Source: Octopus sinensis
Taxonomy: Eukaryota
Assembly (NCBI RefSeq): GCF_006345805.1
Contig: NC_042997.1
Coordinates: 74,400,001 to 74,464,000 of the forward strand
Direction of reading: 5' to 3'
Length of the DNA stretch: 64,000 nucleotides
This document shows, piece by piece, positions 37,802 through 47,949 of the stretch (position 1 is the stretch's first letter; the number at the start of each line of letters is the position of its first letter). A program made the translations under genes and the position numbers. The notes beneath the pieces are model-generated. The model saw only the letters and a program-made list of their open reading frames with translations, ran no database searches and had not been told where the DNA came from.

Positions 37802-38806
37802 CAGTAGTTTTATTTTTATAGCATGCTTTCACTTCACTACCGAGTGCAGCTCTGTGTGCCTTGGGTATGTGTTGTGATTTGTTGTGGTGCTCTGATGGTT
37901 ACTGTATTGAAAGTATTTTGCGTAGGATGTGTGCAGTGCCCAGTAGTGCAATTTTCTGTATGTTATATGTGTTTGTAAGTCCTGGTGTTTTTGTTATATA
38001 TTTGTCTGAATATTTTTTTATCATACCTAATGCACCTACTATGATAGGGATTGTTTCTGTTTTTAGATTCCACATTCTGGTTACCTCTATTTCCAGGTCT
38101 TTGTATTTTGACAGTTTCTTCATTTCTTTTAGAGACACGTTGTCATCTGCTGGTATTGATACATCAATTAGAAAGCATTTTTTTTCTTCATGATCTCTGA
38201 CAACTATATCTGGCCTATTAGCCTTATTTCTCTATCTGTGAGCATTGGCATATCCCAAAGTATGGTTGCTTTCTCGTTTTCTGTGACCTTTTCTGGCGTG
38301 TGCCTATAACATCTTTTTTCTGTTGTTATTCCATAGTGTTGGAATAGCTTCCAGTGTATATAGGTCCCAACTCTGTCGTGTCTGTGAATATATTCCTTCG
38401 TAGCCAGGACTAGGCAGCCAGAGATAATCTGATTTATTGTTTCTTGTCCATCTCCACATATTCTGCAGTTACTTGTTATGTTTATTTTCATTATATGTTT
38501 TTGGTAATTTCTGGTGGGGAGGCTTTGGTCTTGTACTGCAATTAAAAATTCCTCCATCTCTCTGCTTTGAGTCCTGAGCTTCTCAACCATTGCTGGGATT
38601 TTTCTTTATCTATTTCTTTTGCATTTAGCTTAGTCCAGTATTTGCCATGAAGGGGCTTTTCTTGGCATCATTTTATCATGGTCCATTGCTGTTCTAGTTT
38701 TAGTTTGGATTTCATTTCTTTTATAGCTTTTGTTTCTTCTTCTTCTTCTTCTTCTTTTTCGTCTTCTTCTTCTTCTTCTTCTTCTTCTTCTTCTTCTTCT
38801 TCTTCT

Positions 38807-38838
<32 letters not shown>

Positions 38839-39510
38839 GTCTTCTTATTTGTTAGGTGGTATGATTTCTTGTTTGTATTTGTCAGCTTCCTTGAATACTG
38901 AGAACAGTTCTTTGTTTTGCTCGTGTTTTGCCGCTATTTGTATCAAATTCCCTTGCTTCTGAAGTAGATATTTTTGCAGTCCTATGGTGGTTATTTTATA
39001 ATAGTTTTCCAGCTGTATAAGGCCTCTACCACCGTCTATATGTTGTATATATAGCCTTTCTATGTCAGATTTTGGGTGATGCATCTTAGATCCTGCCATT
39101 ATTTTTCTTGTTTTCCTATCTATTTTGGTTAATTCATTTAGTGTCCAGTTAAGGATATTGTAGCTGTAACTTATAACTGGGACGGCTAAAGTGTTAATAT
39201 CTATTATCTTGTTTTTAGCATTGAGCTCTGTTTTTAGTATTGATCTCACTCGTCGATAGTATTCTTTCTTTATTTTCTCTTTCATTTGTTTGTGTTGTAT
39301 CTTATCTAGTTCATGGATTCCTAAATATTTGTAAGTTTGGCTTTGGTCTAATTCTCTTATTTCATTGGCTATGTCTAGTGTGATGTTGCTAATCTTAACT
39401 AGTTTCCCTCTTTTCAGGGTTACTTTGGCGCATTTTTCTAATCCAAATTTCATATCTATTTCTTTGGTAAATCCATGAACTGCCTGTAGTAGTGTTTCCA
39501 GCTGTTTGTC
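37802..39510 (-). mobile_element. Dong/R4-clade LINE, 5'-truncated, flanked on both sides by (TAA)n
   Basis: DKQLETLLQAV...MKFGLEKCAKV...YKYLGI...AVPVISYS...GGRGL; CRICGDGQETINQIISGC; REL KYKDLEIEV...IIVGALG...LGTAHILRKILS; (TTA)n at 37759-37801 and 39511-39567. Confidence 0.92.
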
Positions 39511-39567
<57 letters not shown>

Positions 39568-40744
39568 CAAGGTATGTAATACTAGAAAGACATACAAAGT
39601 TGGAGCTCCATAAGTTTTAAGTGTTTCATCAAGCATTTCAACTGGTTGCAGACTGCTCAGTCAAATATTTTATGACTGTTTTACTTGCACTGTCTGGATC
39701 GTTGTGGTAACATTTTTGTGTAGTTACACCCCCTTTGGGGTGGGAGTGTAACTCAGTAATATTTCTTTTGCATTTTTATGAAGACAAGAATTTGCATAAT
39801 TTCCAATTTTTTAAACATGTCAAAATATGACAAAATAATGATAATAATTGATGAGCAGCATTCTGTCAATCCAGAATTAACACCACACATATCTGTGGCT
39901 GGAGTTAAAATTGACTTATTGACAAAGAGAAATAGAATTTTGTCTTGTTGCTAAGACAGCAGTAGCAAATGCAAAGACACTAGCAGCAGCAATGACAGTG
40001 AAAACAACAACAACAGTAACAACAAAGTGTACAGCAGCAGCAGCAGCAGCAAAAGCAACAATAATAGCAACAACAGCAACAATGTAAACAACAATAGCAA
40101 CATGAACAACAAGATTGAAAACAACAACAGTGAAAAGAACAATGCAGTTATCAAAGGAAGTTGTAGTGGAAACTGTGTGGAAAATAACAACAGCAGCAAC
40201 AGTTAGCCAGTGAACTGTTCATTCAGTTCAAGATTTGAAAAGTAAAGCACTCTGATATAAAAATGAGAATTTGAAACCAGGTGTTATGTACCTTAGTGAG
40301 GAGTGGGGGAAACCCCTCTAAATGACAAATCATTGTATACAAATGTGTTTCTTGTAAGGAGAAGAAACTTAAAATTCCTATTCTGGCAGACAATTTGGAA
40401 AGCACTTCACAATGAAGTTTTGTGTTAAACTGAGCAAAGTATTACAGAAACTTAAGAAACACATCAGATTGCTTATGGATTAACTTCTATGAGCTGATCA
40501 CCTGCTTTTTTTTAACTGGCATTAGAGGTTCAAGGATGGTAGAAAGGAGGTGAGAGACAATGAGATGAGAGACAATGTGGGAGGGAGAGAGATGATGGGA
40601 GGTGTGGGAGGGAGAGGGGTGTCAGAACATCAGAGCTGGTTGAGAAAATTCCCTATTTTCTGAATGAAGACTGTTGTATCTATAATGACAATAACAATAC
40701 AATTTAGAGTTGGTGTGGCAAATGTACACAGATTTATTCATGAA

Positions 40745-41450
40745 GATCTGAATACAAGGGCCCTGGAACAGGGGGTGCAGCAGGTGCACCTGCACCCCTA
40801 GAATTCTCAGGGGGTGCAAGATCAAAATTTGCACCCCCTACATAATCTTACCAGTTTCAGAAAAAAGTGTCTAAAATTTATCGGCATAAAATGCTTAAGT
40901 TTGATTTCGTTTCAAAACAAAGAAAAAAAAATAATAATAAATAAAAGTGATGAAGCTGGCATAAAATTCCCTAGATAAATTATGACCACTGACTCCTGAA
41001 GGAAAGTAGTGTCAAAATACAAAAAAAACAAGCAACAATAACAACAAAACCAGCGTGTATGGTTAGTTTTGAATACATAACATTACTTGAATTATTGAAG
41101 ACAGCTTCCACCCAGTTAAAATGTGTAAATCTCTCTTTCTGTCTGTCAAATACTTCTCTCCATCTGAAGTTACTACTCCCAAGTTTTTTGTAATTGGTGT
41201 TGCTAAAGACTTAAAACATGGTTGAATGGATTCGACCGTTTGACCCCAGTCTAAAAAACCCTTTCAAAATTCTTTCAGTCAAAACGATTTTCTCATATAG
41301 GTTGTTAGATCCAAAATGTGCATGAAAAAATTGTTTGAAAGTAAAAACTTTGAAAGGAAGCATTTAACTATAAATAATTGCAAACCGAAATTACGAAATA
41401 AATTTGTAAAGCCACACATCCGCTTCTATTCTTACTCAGTGGTACCCCAC
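40745..41450. mobile_element. Non-autonomous DNA-transposon-like element with GC-rich subterminal hairpins
   Basis: GGGGTGCAG/CTGCACCCC (40771-40798) and GGGGGTGCAA/TTGCACCCCC (40810-40838) inverted repeats; right boundary uncertain. Confidence 0.4.
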
Positions 41451-42213
41451 ACAGCTTTCAACATTTGGTGGACATTGTCTGCATTTTCTAACCTTTCCTA
41501 TCCTCTTCTTTGTAAAACATTCCCTATCTATTTCTTCTTTTCTCTCTTTACTACCTTTCATAACCACCTCCTATCTATCATTATTGCCTTCTTTTTCTAC
41601 ACTTCCTCTTTCTTTCTACCTGCACTCCCAGGTCAATGGGTCTTTCCCCCCCCCCGTCCACCTTTTTGGTGCAAAACGACCATTCAATATCCCATACCAT
41701 TATCTGCTTGACCACTGCCTGGCTAAGTGCCTTTTTTTTTAACTCCAGCCTAGCATTCACTTCAGCCTTGATTCCCCTTTTCATTTTTCATTCAATCCTT
41801 ACTTTCCTTTTGTCTTTATTACTCTCTATCTGCTCTTTTTATCCTTCTCTTGAGTTCCTTAGGAAATAGTTTACTTTTAGCGTTACTACTAACAAATCAT
41901 ATCTTAAACACGTAGTTTAGGCAGAGTCCCTTATATATTGACGACTTTCATTTTTTATCTTGCCTTAATTCTGTTGTGTTATCAATCAAAAGTCTTCCTG
42001 CGTATATATAAAATAGTATCTGCATCATATTTGTTTCCGATACTGTCCTGCTTTTTCGTTTTATATAGAAAACATTGTTTTAATTAGTTTGATAAGTGCC
42101 TCTGCATGAAACTCTCGAACCTTCAGTCACTATGTAACTTTCGCCGATTAATAAATCTATACTTATTATTTGAGTCTGACTCAACATGAGTTCTATTTTT
42201 CATGTTTGAACCA

Positions 42214-42262
42214 CTACGCCTCTGATGAGAACCCAATAAGGTTCGAAAATCGATTAATGTTG
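42214..42262 (+). ncRNA. Minimal type-I hammerhead ribozyme, near-canonical core
   Basis: CUGAUGA 42222-42228; stem II GAACC/GGUUC with loop CAAUAA; GAAA 42245-42248; palindromic stem III AAUCGAUU; predicted cleavage after UA at 42256; stem I weak. Confidence 0.7.
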
Positions 42263-42356
42263 TTCATCTTTTATTTCAATCTACAGAGAAAAGGCTAAAT
42301 TTGCCCTCTTTATAAATATATGATATATATATATATATATAAATATAAATAGACAT

Positions 42357-42520
42357 CGTGGATCATTTAGCTTAATGGTAAAGTATTCAGCCAGTATTTG
42401 AGTTGTATGGGTTCGAATGCCATAACTATCTGCTGGCAACTTTTTAAAAATGGTGGTACCCCAGCATGGCCACAGCTTGTGAGCTGAAACTAGATGAAAT
42501 AAAAAAATAAAAAATTGTAA
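42357..42520 (+). mobile_element. Short tRNA-headed SINE sharing the OK-type 3' end
   Basis: A box TAGCTTAATGGTA, B box GGTTCGAATGCC, then ggtggtaccccagcatggccacag and A-rich tail; a related head lies at 45840-45905. Confidence 0.7.
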
Positions 42521-42584
42521 TGATACCAAGAGACAGAGGGTACAAAAGAGGCATCCTGGCTCCCCTAGACCCAAGATGGCCAGG

Positions 42585-43095
42585 CAAAGCAGGTTCATCG
42601 GGAAGCTCATGATGATCTTTCTTGACAGCAAGGGTATCATCTGCATTGACTGGGGTCCCTCTGGCCAACCAGTCAACAAATAGTATTTTGCATTACTCAT
42701 TGCATTTCATCAGAATAGGTCAGAACACCTGTACCAGGATAATGTACCAGTCGACAATTTCATCCTGGTAACCAACTACTTGACAGAGAAGGGCTTCAAA
42801 ACTGTCCCTTACCCTCCCTACAGTCCAGACGTTGCTCTCTGTGATTTTTGGTTGTTTTCCAAGCTGAAGGAGAACCTCAAGACGCAGTTGTTTTGAAGAC
42901 ATTGAGAAAATGAAGGGGGCTGTTACAAAGGCCTGGACACCTTCATTTTGGAGATTTCATGAGGCTTTCATGAAGTGACTGGAGCACTATAAACACATTG
43001 AAATCAGACGATTCTACTTTACAAGTGATGAAAGTTTTGAACTTCTTTGAAATTAATCTCCTGAAAAGTCTCAAAACTTCTGGAATGTACCTCGT
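42585..43095 (+). mobile_element. mariner transposase 3' half plus TIR
   Basis: GKLMMIFLDSKGII; PPYSPDVALCDFWLFSKLKENL (YSPDLAPxD motif); terminus aaaacttctggaatgtacctcgta. Confidence 0.8.
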
Positions 43096-43257
43096 AATGT
43101 GTAAAAGATTACATAAATAAAAAAAACTCATGAAATATATATTTATACATGGTATATAGTATTTAAAAAAATGGTGATAAAGATCAATAGAGGAACTCTG
43201 AAGAGTCCTCTCCTTATTGTCATTATTTGACTTACAGGATTGTCATTATTTGACTTA

Positions 43258-43860
43258 CCTGGGACGAGGTGGTGAAGCACGACCTTCAAACTTTAGGTCT
43301 CACCAAGGAAATGACTAGAGACCGAGACCTATGGAAGTATGCTGTGTGTGAGAAGACCCGGCAAGACCAGTGAGAACAGTCAAAATCAAACCAAACCAAA
43401 TCAGATATCAGAAAGCAGAACCAAAATTGAGGCCAATCAACATCAGTGGAAATTGCAGCTGTGGTTAAGTGAACCATCCGATTGTTTGTCCGTTGCCAGC
43501 CTTGCCTGGCCCCCGTGCTGGTGGCACATAAAAGCACCATCCGCTCGTGTCCGTTGCCAGCCTCGCCTGGCCCCCGTGCCGGTAGCACGTAAAAGCACCA
43601 TCCGTTCGTGTCCATTGCCAGCCTCGCCTGGCCCCTGTACCGGTGGCACGTAAAAACACCATCCGTTCGTGGCCGTTTGCCAGCTCTGTCTGGCACCTGT
43701 GCAGGTGGCACGTAAAAAGCACCCACTACACTCATGGAGTGGTTGGCGTTAGGAAGGGCATCCAGCTGTAGAAACACTGCCAGATCTGACTGGGCCTGAT
43801 GAAGCCTTCCAACCCATGCTAGCATGGAAAACAGACGCTAAATGATGATGATGATGATTA
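43258..43860 (+). mobile_element. RTE 3' fragment, inverted relative to the 24.8-27.6 kb copy
   Basis: WDEVVKHDLQTLGLTKEMTRDRDLWKY; four ~60-bp units; (GAT)n tail; a 19-bp direct repeat ttgtcattatttgacttac at the 5' junction. Confidence 0.88.
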
Positions 43861-43879
43861 TACTTAGAACAGTACCATC

Positions 43880-45800
43880 CACTCTTGCCATGTTTTGCTA
43901 CTTTCACCCACCGTTCAATAAATTCACTCAAGGACAGCACCTGCTTCACAATCATTGCCATCCTTTTTAATTGAAGGCTCTACCAAAGAAGAAAATATGT
44001 CTTCATATCTTTCAACCTGTTTTACCACACAACCTCTAACACTATAGCCATTGGGCAGAAGAGAATGGCCTTCCCTACTTGGTTGAAGGAAGGCAGCAGT
44101 GCAATCAACACAATAAACTTGGCTAATAGCTTCATCCATCCTACATCTTACAGTAGCTGTTCATCATAACTCCATGAGTCAGTCATGCCTGGATACTCAT
44201 TAAGTATGTGAAAAACAGTTTTATCGCTCTGTCTGATGACCCTTCCATGCCTGTAGTGTTTATCTTGAACCAGTGAGGACTCTCTATAACACTGCAAGGT
44301 CAAAGACTTCTGGAAGTTTTCCATTAAAGTTCCAAATGGTAAGTACTTCAAAACAAATTAGCCAGTTCATTTTTAGTGATGTCCAAAATTTCTTTAAGAA
44401 CACCATACTCTTGCCTTCATTAAATCTCTATCAATTGCCAGATTAGAACTTCTGACAATTCCATTGTCTGAAACCAGCTGCTTCAGTTAGCTGTCATGCA
44501 ACAATAGGTATTATGGATAGATATGTTCAAGATTGAACATGTTTGAGCTTCCCTACCAGACCTCTGTTAACAAACATTGATCACTTTACTAACATGTTCA
44601 CCAATATCTTAAATGCTCATTCTGCTGTCAGTTGTGGTAGATGTCAGACAATTAGCAAACAAGTCTGAAATGATTTACACATTGCATTTCAGTAGATGTT
44701 ATTGGCTTTTTTGCTGAACCTTGCAACTTCCAGTGAAAGTAACAGCAAGCTGTCAAAGTAGGCATTGAAATCTGCTACTATCTCTTGCTGCCTAGTATAA
44801 ACAGCTCAAAAAGCTGCTCAGAACTAGGTATCATGTACCTATCCTGTGCCATCAAAGACTGGATTGTAGCTTCGTTACCATGTTACCACTAAGCCCATTG
44901 AACAACTTTAGTTTCCTAGCATTTTAGCATGTGGGTCCTAGCTCTGACAATGCAGCTTTGATATTTCACAATAAAGAAACAGTTGCAAACCATTCTCACC
45001 ACTAGTACGTCAGCAGCAATGTGAATCCCCTTGTCTAGCTAGTCTGCTTATCTCTATCACTTGCTTTTTGCTAAATGCTGTCAATTCTGACCTAATTACC
45101 CTTCAGGGCACCATACCACCAGTTGTTAATTACTCCTGTCAGCTATCTCCAACATAGCTTCTGTAGTTTGTTCCCTAGTAAGGTGATAAGGTTGTGTTCA
45201 ATTTCCAGTAACCAGGTAACTAGTCTGAAGGGAACACATTTGCTGTCATTCACATCCAGAACCACAACATTACCAGTCAGATTTAAGAAGATTATCTTAC
45301 TAAGGATTTCTGGAATAATACTGCCATGTGATGCTGGCAACTCATAAGATGAAAATATCATATAGCTGTTGAAAATTTGCACAAGTACATGCAATCTAGA
45401 GATCCTGGCTTCACAGTTATGCACAAGGTCACTGAGCAGTGAGCTTGCTTCCAAGCTGATCTTAAAATCGTGACCATTTAAAACTCAACTTTGAGAAGAG
45501 CCACATTTGATGAGAATGATGACTCACTTTCATTGACTATGATGCAAGTTTTGAAAGACTTCTGTAGAGCATTTCTATTGGTATTTTTTCTAAAAAGGCT
45601 TATATCAAAAGTAAAATATTCCTTTAAGTCTCTTTATGTCTGTGAATTAGTCTGTTTTAAGAACTCAGCCTTGAAATTTTGAGGAGCACTTCAAAGCCTT
45701 CCACATTGATGGCAATATTTTCGTTGCTCATTATCTTTTCCATGAATTTAATATTGCTTTTTTGAATAACAGTAAAGTTGATCAAGTTTTCTTCTTGTGT
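43880..45800 (-). mobile_element. Old degenerate Tx1 ORF2 fragment
   Basis: IFLNLTGNVVVLDVNDSKCVPFRLV (45143-45454) parallels IFLDPEGRLVVLDVDGSNECAFRLI at ~57.4 kb. Confidence 0.6.
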
Positions 45801-46329
45801 TCTTTGTTTTTACTGTTACTGATTGTGATCAGTTTTGTAGGCCATTTAACTTAATGGTAGAGGACTCAGCCAGTACCAGAGGGGTATGGGTTCAAGTCTT
45901 GTGGCCATCTGATGGTGATTTTTTCTTTTTTATAAGGGTAAAATACCCAATCTTTCTGCTGTTTTCCTGGCTATATTGCATTCGAAATTTACTTTCTTGT
46001 CTGTAAAGTATCTTACATTTTTTCTCTGATTGTGTTTGTAGTTGTTGGATATTTATGTCTCAAGTTTTTCTTTATATTGCAGTTGGAATTGTGGAGATAC
46101 AGCAGTTGTTTCTTGTGCATTGCTTGGATAACATCTATCACCTCTTTGAATGAGCTGGTTTTCATTTTGGGGTGAGTTTTGTCTCCCAGCTACTTCTCTC
46201 AGTCACAGTTCTCTTTAGTTTGGAATCTAGCCTCAATTTTGTCACTTGGCAAGATCACTGACTGAGTGTAGTCTGTAGTAACTGAATGTGTGTGGGGGGG
46301 GGGGGGTATTTTTATGTGTTCATGCTTAA

Positions 46330-47720
46330 ATTTTTCAGATTTGAGTCTAGAAGGGCCCAGAGACAAACCAATCTGGAAAAGGAAGATATGGAAGATTAAG
46401 GGTGCTTCAAATGGTCAGATATTTAGAGATGTTATAATTGAAACATTTGACAAGAAGGAGAGGGAGACATATAACATACAGGACAACGGAAAGACAAACC
46501 AAATTTGCGGTGAGGGCAAAGCTTCAGCCAAATCAAGGGAAATATGGTAGTGGAACAGTGAGGTAGAAAGGTCCATAAAAGTGGAGAAGTGTATTTGGAA
46601 AGAATAGAAAAGTGGAGGTACAAAGAGCCATATTAGGTAGCTAAAAAAGAAACTAGGTGATAAGTTTATTTAGCAAGAGCAAACGCAGAAAGGAAGAGAT
46701 TTGCAGATATGTTACAGTATGAGTTGTTCTGGATTGCAAGACAATGTATAAGACAGAATCAAGATATTGTCACTTCTCACTGACAATATCTTGAAGGTTT
46801 ATCTTGCTCCAATCCACTCAGCTGGCCAAATGAGTTGTAGATGTGTGGGTGCATGCACACACATGCACCCACACAACCACACATGCACAGCTAAAGACAG
46901 GAAGACAGGGAAGGCCTCTGGTCCATTAGGAGTTACTGCTGAGATACTTAAAATATCAGGTGGAATAGGGTACAGCCTAGCTACTTATATAGTTAATCAG
47001 GTTGACTGGTGTAGTAGCATTATAGTCAGCTGTTACAAGGGTAAAGGGGATGCCTTAGACAGAAATAATTACAGAGGTACCAAATTTCTGAACCACCATG
47101 AGAATTATAGCCCAACTAATTAGGGAAAGGATTAGACTAAATGAGATGCAGTTTGGTTCTGTGCCAGGGAGAAGTACTACTAATACTATCTTCTGAGTCA
47201 GACAACTGCAGGAAAAACATTAGCTAAGAGTAAATCATTTTATGTGATATTCATGGACCTGGAGAAAGCCTCTAGCAGAGTCCCTCACACTGAGATATGG
47301 TGGTCTCAGAAGAAGACAGGGAAAGATGAATGGTTTGTGAAAGCCATGTAGGAGTTCACCTGTGTTAGTTCTCAGTCCCCTCCTACTTGTCCTTGTTCTC
47401 CAGGCCATAACAAAAGAATTTAAGACCAGCTGCCCCTGGGAACTATTATATGTTAATGATATTAGAAAAGAAATTTCATGTGTCAAGCAAAACCTGGAAT
47501 CAAAAGGCCTTAAAGTTAACTTAGTCAAGACCAAAGTTCTAGTAAGCAGGAAAATAGACAAGACTCTATATCCTTCAGGTAAATAGCTCTACTCAATGTA
47601 TAGAAAAAGTGTTTGCACTAATTCTATATGGTGTATCCAGTGTAAGCTATATATACACAAGATACAATAGAATCACAAGAAGGTTAATGGAGAAGTAGTG
47701 TTTATATATAGATGTCCAAG
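46330..47720 (+). mobile_element. Degenerate RTE fragment
   Basis: GKASGPLGVTAEILK...NNYRG; VLSPLLL...CPWELLYVND. Confidence 0.8.
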
Positions 47721-47949
47721 AGCAATGAACAGGGTTGTCTTGAGGTGTTAGCAACAAAGATGGAAGCTTGTCCCTTTTACTCTTTGCTCATTGCTTTTGG
47801 ACATCTCTTCTCACATGCTGTCTTACAACATCATAAGAATCTTTCATTTCATGACATTGAATGTTGAGTTTTTTGTAATTTTTGTTGCAGCAGCTTTGCT
47901 CTGCTTCCTATCAAGATTGGGAGAAAAAAATTGCTGAAACTAAATGAGT

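Noticed and set aside
38845-39636. 263-aa ORF with poly-Ile as one protein
   Set aside because: The N-terminal part and the I-run are flanking DNA and the (TAA)n target; only the part from DKQLE onward is Dong RT.
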